This document shows, piece after piece, positions 42,926-55,065 of a stretch of 64,000 bases of DNA. Below the pieces are notes generated by a model. The model saw only the letters and a list, made by a program, of their open reading frames with translations. It did not search any database and was not told the origin of the DNA. The position numbers and the translations under genes were made by a program. The DNA comes from an uncultured Actinomycetota bacterium (GTDB taxonomy: Bacteria > Actinomycetota > Actinomycetes > Actinomycetales > Dermatophilaceae), in contig CAVVFG010000011.1 of NCBI GenBank assembly GCA_963747405.1, positions 5,018-69,017 of the forward strand, given 5' to 3'. Numbering within the stretch: position 1 is the first letter of the stretch; each line of letters starts with the position of its first letter.

Positions 42926-44158
42926 GTGGATGCCGTCCAGACGCTCGAGGGCGAGGTTCGTGAGCTGATCCGCCGCTCCGGGCTGGACCCGGCGCGCGAC
43001 GAGGGCGAGGTGCGCCGCCTCGTGCGCGAGGCCGTCGCCGACTACGACGAGCGGTCGATGCTCGGTGGGATGCCGGTGATCGCCGACGTCGAGGCGGCGT
43101 CACGCACGGTGTGGGACACGGTGGCCGGCTACGGGCCGCTCCAGCAGTACTTCGACGACCCCTGCGTCGAGGAGATCTGGATCAACGAGCCGTCGCGGGT
43201 GTTCGTCGCTCGCGAGGGGGTCGCCGAGCTGACCACGACGCTCCTCTCGCACGACCAGGTCAGGGACCTCGTCGAGCGGATGCTGAAGTCGTCGGGCCGC
43301 CGGGTCGACCTCAGCTCGCCGTTCGTCGATGCCGTGCTCCCCGACGGCAGTCGCCTGCACGTCGTCATCCCGGACATCACCCGCGAACACTGGTTCGTCA
43401 ACGTGCGCAAGTTCGTGGTCAAGGCCGACTCGATGGACGACCTGGTGCGCCTCGGCACCCTCACGAGGCAGGCGGCCCGGTTCCTCGAGGCGGCCGTTGC
43501 CTCCGGGCTCAACGTGCTGGTCGCGGGCGGTACCCAGGCCGGGAAGACGACCCTGCTCAACTGCCTCGCCTCTGCCGTGCCGGCGCGCGAACGCATCGTC
43601 ACCTGCGAGGAGGTCTTCGAGCTGCGCATTCCCCACCGCGACGTCGCGGCGATGCAGTGCCGCCAGCCGTCGCTCGAGGGCACCGGTGAGATCCCGCTGC
43701 GCCGGCTGGTCAAGGAGGCGCTGCGGATGCGGCCGTCGCGGATCGTGGTGGGCGAGGTGCGCCAGGCCGAGAGCCTCGACCTGCTCATCGCACTGAACTC
43801 GGGCCTTCCGGGCATGTGCACCATCCACGCCAACAGTGCCCGCGAGGCCGTCACGAAGATGTGCACCCTCCCGCTGCTCGCCGGCGAGAACGTCTCGGGT
43901 CGCTTCGTGGTCCCGACGGTCGCCGCCTCGATCGACATCGTCGTCCACGCCGCCCTAGAGCGCGACGGCCGGCGCACGGTCCGCGAGGTCGCTGCCGTGC
44001 CGGGGCGCGTGGAGGGCGACGTCGTCGAGATCGCCGACCTGTTCGTCCGGCGTGGCGGTGCCCTGGTGCGGGCGGACGGGTTCCCCCCGCACGTCGACCG
44101 CTTCGAGCGGGCCGGCTACGACCTGTCCGCCCTGCTCGCCCAGGCGGCTGCAGCGTGA
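42926..44158 (+). CDS. tadA: Tad pilus assembly ATPase TadA/CpaF
   Basis: AGGTQAGKTT, EEVFEL, LRMRPSRIVVGEVR, TIHANSA. Confidence 0.95.
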   Translation: MDAVQTLEGEVRELIRRSGLDPARDEGEVRRLVREAVADYDERSMLGGMPVIADVEAASRTVWDTVAGYGPLQQYFDDPCVEEIWINEPSRVFVAREGVAELTTTLLSHDQVRDLVERMLKSSGRRVDLSSPFVDAVLPDGSRLHVVIPDITREHWFVNVRKFVVKADSMDDLVRLGTLTRQAARFLEAAVASGLNVLVAGGTQAGKTTLLNCLASAVPARERIVTCEEVFELRIPHRDVAAMQCRQPSLEGTGEIPLRRLVKEALRMRPSRIVVGEVRQAESLDLLIALNSGLPGMCTIHANSAREAVTKMCTLPLLAGENVSGRFVVPTVAASIDIVVHAALERDGRRTVREVAAVPGRVEGDVVEIADLFVRRGGALVRADGFPPHVDRFERAGYDLSALLAQAAAA

Positions 44159-45024
44159 CCGGGCTGCTCCTCGGGCTGCTGCTGGGCATCGGTCTGTTCC
44201 TCGTGTGGTGGAGCTGCTGGGTGCCGTCGCAGCAACCGCCGCCGCGTGCGCGCCGGCCCGGCCCGGTCGACCGGCTGTCCGACGAGATCGTGCAGGCGGG
44301 GTTCGCGGGATTGTCGGTGCGCACCCTGCTCACCGCCTGTGTCGTGACGTCGCTCCTGGTGCTCGCGCTGGTGCAGGCCACCGTCGCCGTCCTGCCGATC
44401 GCCGCGTGCTTCGCCCTCATGGCCGCGTACCTCCCACTGGGTGTCGTGCGGGCCCGGTCACGACGCCGCCGCGCGCGACTGCGTGACCTGTGGCCGGATG
44501 CCGTCGACAACATCACCTCGGGCGTGCGCGCGGGGATGGCGCTGCCCGAGGCACTGTCGCAGCTCGGCACGCGCGGCCCGGAGGAGCTGCGCGAGCCGTT
44601 CCGGGCGTTCGCGGACGACTACCGGCTCAGCGGGCGCTTCCACGACTCGCTCGACCGCCTCAAGGAGCGGTTGAGCGACCCGGTGGGCGACCGGCTCGTC
44701 GAGAGCCTGCGGATCGCCCGTGAGGTGGGTGGCACCGACCTGGGCCACCTCCTGCGCACCCTGTCGGGCTTCCTACGCGAGGACGCCCGCACCCGCGCCG
44801 AGCTCGAGACCCGGCAGGCGTGGACGGTCAACGCCGCCCGACTGGCCGTGGCCGCGCCGTGGGTCGTCCTCGCCATGCTGTCGACGAACCCCGAGTCCGT
44901 GGCGGCCTACTCCACCGCCGCCGGCGCCGCAGTGCTCCTCGTCGGCGGTGTCCTCACTGCCGTGGCCTACTGGGCGATGGTGCGCATCGGCCGGCTGCCC
45001 GAGGACGAGCGGGTGCTGCGGTGA
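44155..45024 (+). CDS. tadB: TadB (T2SS F family)
   Basis: WPDAVDNITSGVRAGMALPEAL and GGTDLGHLLRTL. Coupled to tadA. Confidence 0.9.
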   Translation: MTGLLLGLLLGIGLFLVWWSCWVPSQQPPPRARRPGPVDRLSDEIVQAGFAGLSVRTLLTACVVTSLLVLALVQATVAVLPIAACFALMAAYLPLGVVRARSRRRRARLRDLWPDAVDNITSGVRAGMALPEALSQLGTRGPEELREPFRAFADDYRLSGRFHDSLDRLKERLSDPVGDRLVESLRIAREVGGTDLGHLLRTLSGFLREDARTRAELETRQAWTVNAARLAVAAPWVVLAMLSTNPESVAAYSTAAGAAVLLVGGVLTAVAYWAMVRIGRLPEDERVLR

Positions 45025-45953
45025 GCGGGCTGGCCCGCAGCGGAGCGCTGCTCGGCTTCGTGATGGGGCTGGGCCTGGCGCTGGTCTGGCTGGGCCTGCC
45101 GCTCCACCGGCGGGCCGGGCTGGCCGGGCGCGTGCTGCCCTACCTGCGTGACACCCCCAGGCCGTCCCGGCTGCTCGACGACCCATGCCCCGCCGGCGGA
45201 GCGCTCGGCGTGGTTGCCGGCCCCGTGATCCGAGACCTCGGCGCCGTCGTCGAGCGGGTCATGGGCGGGGCCGACTCCGTGCGCCGGCGCCAGCTGCGCG
45301 CCGGGCTGGCGGCCGACGTCGACCGGTTCCGTGCCGAGCAGGTGCTCTGGGGAGCTCTCGGCGCCGTCGTCGGAGGTGCCGCCGGAGTCCTGGCACTGGT
45401 ACTTCGCGAGGCCGGCGTCGTCACCGTCGTGATGCTCACTGCGATCGGCCTGGGCGTCGGAGTCACGGGCGCCGACTACCTCCTCTCCCGTCGCGCGGCT
45501 CGCCGCGAGGCGCGGATGCTCACCGAGTTCCCCACCGTCGCCGAGCTGCTCGCCCTGGCGGTCGGCGCCGGTGAGGGAGCGGTCGGGGCCCTCGACCGGG
45601 TCTGCCGGCTCTCGCACGGCGAGCTGGCCGGTGAGCTGCGGCGGTGCTTGGCCGACGCCCGCGCCGGGGCCAATCTGCCGACCGCACTGCAGGGACTGGC
45701 CGACCGTACCGGCCTGGCCAGCCTGCGCCGGTTCGTCGACGGTGTCGTCATCGCCGTGCAGCGCGGCACCCCCCTCGCCGACGTCCTGCGGGCCCAGGCC
45801 CAGGACGTCCGCGAGGAGGGGCGCCGATCACTGATGGAGGCCGGCGGCCGCAAGGAGATCGCCATGATGGTCCCGGTCGTCTTCCTGATCCTCCCGGTGA
45901 CGGTGCTCTTTGCCGTCTTCCCCGGGTTCACCTTCTTCCGCTTCACTCTCTGA
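45021..45953 (+). CDS. tadC: TadC (T2SS F family)
   Basis: EFPTVAELLALAVGAGE, RGTPLADVLRAQA, MMVPVVFLILP. Confidence 0.9.
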   Translation: MSGLARSGALLGFVMGLGLALVWLGLPLHRRAGLAGRVLPYLRDTPRPSRLLDDPCPAGGALGVVAGPVIRDLGAVVERVMGGADSVRRRQLRAGLAADVDRFRAEQVLWGALGAVVGGAAGVLALVLREAGVVTVVMLTAIGLGVGVTGADYLLSRRAARREARMLTEFPTVAELLALAVGAGEGAVGALDRVCRLSHGELAGELRRCLADARAGANLPTALQGLADRTGLASLRRFVDGVVIAVQRGTPLADVLRAQAQDVREEGRRSLMEAGGRKEIAMMVPVVFLILPVTVLFAVFPGFTFFRFTL

Positions 45954-45970
45954 CCAGGAAGGACCGACCG

Positions 45971-46180
45971 ATGTCGATCATCCGCACCCTGCCCCTGCGA
46001 GCGCACCTGCTCGCCGACCGCCAGCTCGCCAGGGCCGCCCGACGCGCCGAGCGGGGTGACGTGCCCGGCTGGGTGCTCATCACCTTGATGACGGCCGGGC
46101 TCGTCACCGCCTTGTGGGTCGTCGCGAAGGGCCAGCTCGTCGCCATGTTCCAAAGCGCCCTGTCGTCGGTGAAGGGCTGA
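45971..46180 (+). CDS. flp: Flp-like major pilin
   Basis: 69 aa. ERG|DVPGWVLITLMTAGLV cleavage/hydrophobic pattern, located after tadC. Confidence 0.75.
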   Translation: MSIIRTLPLRAHLLADRQLARAARRAERGDVPGWVLITLMTAGLVTALWVVAKGQLVAMFQSALSSVKG

Positions 46181-46189
46181 TCCCGCCCG

Positions 46190-46573
46190 ATGCGGTGGGC
46201 GCGGGACGAGCGGGGCGCAGCCGTCGCGGACTTCACGATGGTGTCCGTGCTGGTCGTCGCGGTGTTCCTCGCCGTCTTCCAGCTCGGGCTCGCGCTGCAC
46301 ACCCGCAACACGCTCATCTCCTGTGCCTCCGAGGGGGCACGGCTGGGAGCACGGGCGGATGCCGTTGCGGGGCAGGGTGTGTCACGTACCCAGTCCCTGA
46401 TCAGTGCGTCGCTCTCGTCGCGCTACGCGCGCCAGGTCAGCAGCCGCCAGACGGTCGTCGAGGGCGTGCGGGTCATCGAGGTCCGAGTGGTCGCCCCCGT
46501 CCCGGTGATCGGGCTGCTCGGGCCGGAGGACCGGCTCGACGTGGTCGGGCGGGCCTTCTTGGAGGCGCAGTGA
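46190..46573 (+). CDS. tadE: TadE-like minor pilin
   Basis: DERGAAVADFTMVS...ASEGARLGA. Confidence 0.85.
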   Translation: MRWARDERGAAVADFTMVSVLVVAVFLAVFQLGLALHTRNTLISCASEGARLGARADAVAGQGVSRTQSLISASLSSRYARQVSSRQTVVEGVRVIEVRVVAPVPVIGLLGPEDRLDVVGRAFLEAQ

Positions 46574-47016
46574 CCCGGCCCCGGCCCGCGCCGCTCGACG
46601 AGGGTGGCAGCGCCGTCGTCGAGTTCGTCGTGCTCGGCGTGCTGTTGCTCATCCCCCTCGTCTACCTCGTCCTGACGCTGGCGCGGGTGCAGGCCGGGTC
46701 GTATGCCGTCAGCCAGGCGGCGCGCGAGGCGGGCCGTGCCTTCGTCACCGCCGAGACGGACGGCAATGCGACGGCCCGAGCACAGGCCGCCGCACGACTC
46801 GCCTTCGCCGACCACGCGTTCGAGGACTCCGGCCGCGTGACCATCGCCTGTGACGCAACCCCGTGCCTTCGCCCGGACGGCCGGGTCGTCACCGCCGCGA
46901 CGGTTCGCGTGCCGTTGCCGCTGGTGCCGTCCTTCGTCCGCCACGTCATCCCGATGGCGGTGCCGGTGAGCGCGAGCCACCTGTCGACGGTCGACCGGTT
47001 CCGAGGGCTCGGGTGA
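46570..47016 (+). CDS. TadE/TadF-like minor pilin
   Basis: DEGGSAVVEFVVLG...QAAREAGRA. Confidence 0.82.
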   Translation: MTRPRPAPLDEGGSAVVEFVVLGVLLLIPLVYLVLTLARVQAGSYAVSQAAREAGRAFVTAETDGNATARAQAAARLAFADHAFEDSGRVTIACDATPCLRPDGRVVTAATVRVPLPLVPSFVRHVIPMAVPVSASHLSTVDRFRGLG

Positions 47017-47486
47017 CCAGCCGCAGCGGCGAGCGTGGCCGCTCGAGGCAGGACGAGACCGGCTCGATCAGCCTGTTCATCCTCGGGCTGTCACTGGTCG
47101 CGATGCTGCTCATCGCCGGGGCCGTGGCCGTCACCTCCGCGCACCTGTCACGCATGCGGTTGCTCGACGTCGCCGACGGTGCCGCGCTGAGCGCGGCGAA
47201 CGCCCTCGACGACGCGGCCTACGCGCAGGGCGTGGGGGAGTCGGTGCCGCTGAGCAACGCCTCGGTGCAGGAGCGCGCAGCCGCCTACCTCGGTGCCCGT
47301 CCCCGACCGGGCAGCATCTCGCGGTGGCGGCTCGCGCCGGGCACCGGTACCCCTGACGGCCGGACCGCGGTGGTCGTGGTCGTCGGCGAGGCGCAGCTTC
47401 CGATGGTCGGCACGGCGCTGCGTGAGCTGGGGGTCAGCCTGACGATCCGCGTCGAGTCCAGGGCACGTTCCGACCTCGCCGGCTGA
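47013..47486 (+). CDS. TadG-like minor pilin
   Basis: DETGSISLFILG...LLDVADGAALSAA. Confidence 0.8.
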   Translation: MTSRSGERGRSRQDETGSISLFILGLSLVAMLLIAGAVAVTSAHLSRMRLLDVADGAALSAANALDDAAYAQGVGESVPLSNASVQERAAAYLGARPRPGSISRWRLAPGTGTPDGRTAVVVVVGEAQLPMVGTALRELGVSLTIRVESRARSDLAG

Positions 47487-47516
47487 CCGCACCCGAGCGG
47501 CGCACGGCCCTGTCGC

Positions 47517-48184
47517 TCAGCCGGTCACGACCTCCGGCGCCTCCGCATGAGCGCGCACCAGCGCCACCACGAGCCGGTCGGCGGCGTCGTTGGCGCGGGC
47601 CAGCATCCGGGTGGTGGCCGGCGTGGCCAGGGCATGCCGGCAGGCCAGCTCGCCGAGCACGTCGAGCAGCAGGCTGCAGCAGCGCTGGAACGCCGCCACG
47701 CTCTCGCCGAGGTTCCCGCTTCGGCGGCGCGCGAGCCTGCCGTGCATCGCCGCCGCCTGCAGGGCCGGGGCCAGCGCGGCCTCACGTTCCCGTCGGGTGC
47801 TGCCGTCGACGTAGCCCAGCACCCCGTCGACCAGGGTCCGGCCACCGAGAGCGAGCACGGCGTGGGTCTGCTCGTCGGCCCCGTCGAGCCACGAGACGTC
47901 CGGGCACGCGGCGGAGATGCTGGCGCGCAGGATGTCGACCACCGTGTCCGTCGAGCCACCCAGGGCGGCGATCGACGGCTCGGTGCTCGCGGCATCGGGC
48001 AGCAGGTGCTCGAGCGTCGAGCGGGCGTAGCGGCGGTGACCGCCCGGGGTCGTGAAGGTGACGATCTTCCCGGCCACGCTCCATCGCCGCAGCGTCGCCG
48101 GGGAGACCCCGAGCATGGCGCTCGCCTCGTTGACCCCGAGCCAGACCTCACGGTCCTCGGCAAAGGGGTGCGGACCGGTGACCA

Positions 48185-48185
<1 letters not shown>
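47517..48185 (-). CDS. BldC/MerR-like HTH regulator with C-terminal all-helical domain
   Basis: WLGVNEASAMLGVSPATLRRW...GKI...TPGGHRRY. TGATG-coupled to the decaheme gene. Confidence 0.85.
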
Positions 48186-49977
<1,792 letters not shown>

Positions 49978-49981
<4 letters not shown>

Positions 49982-50763
49982 GGCGTCATCACCCTCTCGA
50001 CCGAACCGGTGATGCTGTCCGTGGACACCCCGCCCTGGCGGATCTCGCGCAGGACTCCGTCGCGGTCGACGAAGAAGTGCGCCGGGATGGCGGACACGCG
50101 GTAGGCGTCCGCGATGGCGGACTGCTCGTCGGCACCGACCGGATAGGTGGTGCCCACCCGCGAGGCATAGCTGCGCACGGCATCCTGGCCCTCGTTGATG
50201 TTCACCCCGAGCACCACCAGACCGTCCTTGCCGTACTTCTCGTAGGCGGCCTGCACGTCGGCAACCTCCGCCTGGCAGGCGGCGCACCAGCTGGCCCCGA
50301 AGACCAGCCACACCGGCTTGCCGCGGTACTGGTCCAGGGTCACCTTCGTGCCGTCGACGGTGGTCAGCGTGAAGTCCTGCGCCGCCGCGCCCACCTTGGG
50401 CGCGGGCACGGTCGACTGGCCGGGCAGGGCGACGACCGTGGTGCCGGACGCGTTCGCGGCATCGGTTCGTCGGCCGTTGATGACCCAGGCACCGCCCGCG
50501 ACGAGCGCCGCGGTCACGAGGAGGACGGCCAGCGTGCCGAACCGGCTCGAGCGGATCCGCTCGCGCAGGTCGCGTCGTCCGGCCGCCCCGTCACCGGCCG
50601 ACCCGACCCGCTGCCGCGCACCGGCCCCGGGCTCGGGCTCGGCGAGCACGTCCACCCCCTCGACGTGCTCCACCGCGACCGGCGCGGCCCGGGCCGTGCG
50701 CACCGGCGAGGCGGGGGCAGGGTCGGCGAGGAGGCCGTCGTCGAACAGGTCGTCGTCGTCCAT
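49978..50763 (-). CDS. resA: TlpA/ResA thiol-disulfide oxidoreductase
   Basis: TM anchor, WLVFGASWCAAC, AIPAHFFVDRDG. Confidence 0.9.
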
Positions 50764-50819
50764 GGGTGGTGCGCTTCCCTTCAGGTGTGGGTCTGCCCTG
50801 CTGCCGGTGTGCGGGTCGA

Positions 50820-51752
50820 TCAGGTGTAGCTGTGCAGCCCGCCGAAGAAGGCGTTGCCGACGAAGGTCAGCACGACGCTCGCGAAGCCGATGACGAGCAG
50901 CCAGGCGGCGCGGCGGCCGGTCCAGCCGCGGGCGACGCGGGCGTGCAGGAAGCCGCCGTAGATCAGCCAGGTGACGAGCGAGGCGGTCTCCTTGGGGTCC
51001 CAGCTCCAGTAGCTGCCCCAGGCGATCTCGGCCCAGACGGCGCCGAGCACGAGCACCATGGTGTCGAGCGGGAAGCCGATGACGACGGCGCGGTAGCCGA
51101 GCCGGTCGAGCACCTCGTCCTTGGGCACCAGGTGCTTCCAGCGCTGCGGGGTCCACAGCGTGAGGGCGGCTGCTGCGAAGGAGATCGCGAAGGCGCCGTA
51201 GGCGAAGATCGCCACGATGATGTGGATGGTGAGCAGCAGGCTGTTCTGCAGGGCCGGCACCAGCGGGTCGACCTGGGTGTTCTGGGCGCCGGCGTAGAGC
51301 AGGGCGAGCACCGTCATCGGGAGGATGAACAGGGCCAGCGTGCGGGCGTGGTAGCGCCACTCGAAGTAGCAGTAGGCGGCGAGCATGCCCCAGGCCAGCG
51401 ACGTCGCGAACTCGTACTGGGTGACGAACGGGCCGTGGCCGGTGGCCGCCATCCGCAGGCCGAGGGCCGCCGTGAGGAAGCCGAGGGCGATCCAGGTCAG
51501 GCGCGTCCCGTAGCGGGCCAGGGTCGTCGCCGACACGGCGGTGTCCCGGGCCACGATGTCCTGCTGCGCGGCTGCGGAGACCGAGTCGACGTCGTCGAAC
51601 AGGTCCTCACCGGATGCCGTGACGAGCACCTTTCGCCGCGAGGCGCCGGCGGCCGCCCGGTGACCCGCGCTCATGGCCCACGCGTAGGCGATGGTCGCGA
51701 GGACCGTGGAGATCAGTGCCGCGACGAACGCGAACTGGGAGTAGGTGATCAT
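50820..51752 (-). CDS. ccsA: Cytochrome c synthase CcsA (ResC)
   Basis: WWD domain WAEIAWGSYWSWDPKET; His ligands in GHGPF, TIHII and FLHAR. Confidence 0.95.
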   Translation of the reverse strand: MITYSQFAFVAALISTVLATIAYAWAMSAGHRAAAGASRRKVLVTASGEDLFDDVDSVSAAAQQDIVARDTAVSATTLARYGTRLTWIALGFLTAALGLRMAATGHGPFVTQYEFATSLAWGMLAAYCYFEWRYHARTLALFILPMTVLALLYAGAQNTQVDPLVPALQNSLLLTIHIIVAIFAYGAFAISFAAAALTLWTPQRWKHLVPKDEVLDRLGYRAVVIGFPLDTMVLVLGAVWAEIAWGSYWSWDPKETASLVTWLIYGGFLHARVARGWTGRRAAWLLVIGFASVVLTFVGNAFFGGLHSYT

Positions 51753-51757
51753 GCCTG

Positions 51758-53269
51758 TCACTCCTTCGAGGGCTGGCCGACAGGGGCGTCAGGCCGTGTG
51801 ATGGTGGACACCAGGTCCGAGAACACCGGCTCGAAGCCGGGGTCACGCTTGAGGGGGGCGCCGAGCCGCACGCTGGCGGTGCCGTCGGCGGTGTCGCGTA
51901 CCCGCACCCACAGGCGGCGGTGCGGCATGAAGAACACCAGGTAGCAGCCCAGGATCAGCAGCGCCGCACCCAGGCCCACGACCCACGAGCCGCTGTCCTG
52001 CTTGACGGTCAGCCCGGTGTACTGGCGGTTGCGCTCGTAGGTGTAGGTGAGACCGTCGACGACGGCGGACTGACCCTGGCTGACCACCGGCGTGCCGAGG
52101 GGGGTGTCGACCCCGTCCTTGTGCACCTCGAGCTGCGCCGAGCCGGCGGGCAGGTCGGCCAGCACCTGGCCGGACGCGGCCTCGACGACGTAGACGGTGA
52201 TGCCGCGGTCGGGGATGGTCAGCTGCCCGATGCTCTGCTGCCCGTCGTCGGACTGCCACTGCAGCGGGACCAGCCCGGAGTAGACCTTGGTGTCGCCGTC
52301 GCTGACGGTGACGTCGGCGCCGTTGCCGAAGGACGACTGGTGGAACCACGTGCCGTCGTAGATGAGCGGCGAGTTCACCCGGGTCTCGTGGCGCGCGACC
52401 TGCTTGCCGTCCTGGGTCAGCACCAGGTCGGACACGTAGTCCTTGGGGGCCCCGTTGTCGTAGTAGGAGTCGGTGAAGCTCTTGGCCTCCACCGTCAGGC
52501 CGGTGCCGTGGCCCACGCTGACCGGCACGCCGACCGGCGCGATGAAGCTCTTGTCGCGAAAGCCCGTGCTGGCGCTGACGACGAAGCCGAGCATGACGAC
52601 GATGAGGCTGAGGTGGGCGATGACGGTGCCGAAGGGGCCCCAGCGGAAGCGGTCGGCGTACAGCGCTGTGCCGGTGGCGGCCTGGGCGTCGATGATGCGG
52701 AAGTGCTTGGCGCGCAGGGCTGCCCGCACGTGCTCGGTTGCCGCTGCGCTGTCCATGGGCAGGTCGACGGTGGCCCGCAGCGGCGCGTGGTCGTAGAAGA
52801 CCTCGCTCATCGTGGTGCGTGGCTTGGTCGCCACTCGCCACAGCCGGGGGGCCCGGTTGACCGAGCAGGCCAGGATGCTCAGGCTCAGCAGGGCGAACAG
52901 GCCCATGAAGTACCAGGTCGAGAAGACGTGGAACAGGCCGAGCTTGTCGAGGATGCCGGCCCACCCGCCGTAGCGCTGGGTCGGCGTGCCGGCGAGCCAC
53001 TGCTGGTACGCGGCCGGGTCGGCCCGCACCTCCGGCTCCACCTGCATGAGCAGGGTGCCGAGGAGGGTCAGCACGCCGAGGGTGAGGATGATCCACAGCC
53101 CGGTGCGCATCGAGATGAGGAAGAGCCAGATCTTGCGCAGCGGGTGGGCGTGGTGGTGGCCGTGGCCGTCCTGCTCACTCCCGTCCAGGACGTCGACGCC
53201 GTGCTCGTGGTCGACGTGTCCGGGCACGTGCGAGGTGATGTCCTCGCGGCCCCTCACGGTGGTCGTCAT
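51758..53269 (-). CDS. resB: Cytochrome c biogenesis protein ResB/CcsB
   Basis: FLISMRTGL, VFSTWYF, GTVIAHLSL, VNSPLIYDG..FHQSSF, YTGLTVKQDSG. His-rich N-tail. Confidence 0.92.
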   Translation of the reverse strand: MTTTVRGREDITSHVPGHVDHEHGVDVLDGSEQDGHGHHHAHPLRKIWLFLISMRTGLWIILTLGVLTLLGTLLMQVEPEVRADPAAYQQWLAGTPTQRYGGWAGILDKLGLFHVFSTWYFMGLFALLSLSILACSVNRAPRLWRVATKPRTTMSEVFYDHAPLRATVDLPMDSAAATEHVRAALRAKHFRIIDAQAATGTALYADRFRWGPFGTVIAHLSLIVVMLGFVVSASTGFRDKSFIAPVGVPVSVGHGTGLTVEAKSFTDSYYDNGAPKDYVSDLVLTQDGKQVARHETRVNSPLIYDGTWFHQSSFGNGADVTVSDGDTKVYSGLVPLQWQSDDGQQSIGQLTIPDRGITVYVVEAASGQVLADLPAGSAQLEVHKDGVDTPLGTPVVSQGQSAVVDGLTYTYERNRQYTGLTVKQDSGSWVVGLGAALLILGCYLVFFMPHRRLWVRVRDTADGTASVRLGAPLKRDPGFEPVFSDLVSTITRPDAPVGQPSKE

Positions 53270-53282
53270 CGCGATGCCTCTT

Positions 53283-54026
53283 TCAGACGGGGATGGTCGG
53301 GAAGAACTGGGAGAGCCGCATGAGCAGGTTCGTGATCATCAGGAAGCCGACGGCGACGAGCATGGAGCCGGTGGCCAGGGAGACGACGGCGTCGTGCCGG
53401 GCGAACCAGCTGAGGCGCTGGCGCAGGCTGTCCGCGCCGAGTGCCACGAGGATGAAGGGGATGCCGAGCCCGAGCGCGTAGGCGAGGAGCAGCACCGTCC
53501 CCTGGGCGAGGTCCGAGCGCAGCGACGCCAGGCCGATGATCCCGCTGAGGATCGGGCCGATGCAAGGCGTCCACCCGGCCGCGAACACCACCCCGAACAG
53601 CGCCGAGCGGCCCACGCGCGGCGCCTGCTCGATCACGGTGCCGTCGGCGTGGCGCTGCACGAGCCGGCCCATGTTGGCCCCGGCGCCGGCCTGGCGACCC
53701 AGGACCGGGAGCGAGATCAGGCCCGCGACGTGCAGGCCCATCACCACCAGGATGGCGCCGCCGACCTGGCGCAGCAGGCCGACGTGGTCGCGCAGCGCGT
53801 AGCCGACCAGCCCGATGGAGGCCCACAGCGCCACGAACACGACGGTGAAGCCGATGACGAAGGCCAGGGCCTGCCGGAAGGCGACACTGCGGGTGGGCCG
53901 GCCCGTGTCGTTGGTGCCGCCGACGATGAAACCGACGTAGACCGGCACCAGCGGCAGGCAGCACGGCGACGCGAACGACACCAGACCCGCGGCGAAGGCC
54001 ACCGCCAGGGTGATGTTCCCGTTCAT
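53283..54026 (-). CDS. ccdA: Cytochrome c biogenesis protein CcdA
   Basis: SFASPCCLPLVP and GWTPCIGPIL redox cysteine motifs. Confidence 0.94.
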   Translation of the reverse strand: MNGNITLAVAFAAGLVSFASPCCLPLVPVYVGFIVGGTNDTGRPTRSVAFRQALAFVIGFTVVFVALWASIGLVGYALRDHVGLLRQVGGAILVVMGLHVAGLISLPVLGRQAGAGANMGRLVQRHADGTVIEQAPRVGRSALFGVVFAAGWTPCIGPILSGIIGLASLRSDLAQGTVLLLAYALGLGIPFILVALGADSLRQRLSWFARHDAVVSLATGSMLVAVGFLMITNLLMRLSQFFPTIPV

Positions 54027-54065
54027 GTCAGCCGCGCTTCCTGTCGTGGTGGTGGGGGGTCGAGG

Positions 54066-54955
54066 TCACTTGGCGGGCGTCGGCGCTGAGCTGGAGACGG
54101 ACCCGACCTGGGACTGCACGGTCTTGGCGAGCTCGCTGTTCGGGTCGATCGCCACGACCTTGGCCCACTCGGTCTTCATCTCCGCGTTGCGGCCGGTCGT
54201 CATGTAGAGGAAGCCCAGGTCGTAGTGCATCTCGGCGTTCTTCGGGTAGGCCTTGATGCCGGTCTTCCAGGCCTGCTCCGCGGCGGCGGTGTCGCCACCG
54301 TTGTAGGAGGCGGCCCCGAGGCTGATCAGGCCCTGCTCGTTCTTGGGGTCGACGGCCAGCACCTTCTGGGCAGAGGCCTTGGCGCTGGTCCAGTCGTTGG
54401 CGGTGAAGTACAGGTCGGTGATCTTCTGCAGCGACGCGACGTCCTTCGGGTCGGCCTTGACCTTCGCGGTCAGCGCGGCCAGCTGGGCCTGGTCGATCGT
54501 GGGCGCCGCGCTGGGGGCGGCGGCCGAGCTGGCGGTGGCGGCGGAGGTGACGTCCGGCACGGTGGGGCGGCCCATCCAGTAGACGCCGAACACGACTGCG
54601 ACCGTCGCGAGGACGGCGATGATGCCGATCAGGACGCGGTTGGTCGAGCCGCCCGCCGGCGCGGGGGCCGGTGCCACGACGGTGGCCGGAGCCGCCGCTC
54701 GGGAGGGGGGACGAGCTGGGACTCGGGACCTGTCAGCAGGGAGAAGATGCGGTCCGCCTCCTGCTGGCGGCGGTCCGCCCATCCGCGGATCTCGCTGGGC
54801 GCCTGGTCGAGGAAGTCACCGATCCGGTCGTACGTCGTCTCGACCTCCTGGTCGTCCGCGGCGGCGTCGAGCCCGAACCGGGCAAGCAGTCCGTCTCTCG
54901 TCACGACCGCGTCGGACGTGGTTCCCGTGGCGGTCGCTTCCCGTACTGGGGACAT
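54066..54955 (-). pseudogene. Membrane-anchored TPR protein (CycH/NrfG-like) split by a 1-nt deletion (may be an assembly error)
   Basis: The 5' part (ATG 54955, GAGGAG RBS) and the TM+TPR part are in different frames. Adding one base to the G6 run at 54705-54710 gives a continuous 891-nt ORF. Confidence 0.7.
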
Positions 54956-55034
54956 GGGGTTCGCTCCTCGATCATCGGCAGTGGTCGGTGTTCCTGGGTG
55001 CCGATTTCAGTATCGTTTTGAGCGATTTGCGGAA

Positions 55035-55065
55035 CTATCCGCCTAGGGGCACATATCCGATAGAG
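55035..55065. promoter_or_regulatory. Island operator-like motif, copy A
   Basis: CTATCCGCCTAGGGGCACATATCCGATAGAG, 24/31 identical to 61352-61382. Lies 80 nt upstream of the maturation operon start. Confidence 0.6.

Noticed and set aside
47487-47516. Integrative-element boundary (att site)
   Set aside because: No tRNA, integrase, transposase or direct repeat is visible; the right end is outside the window.
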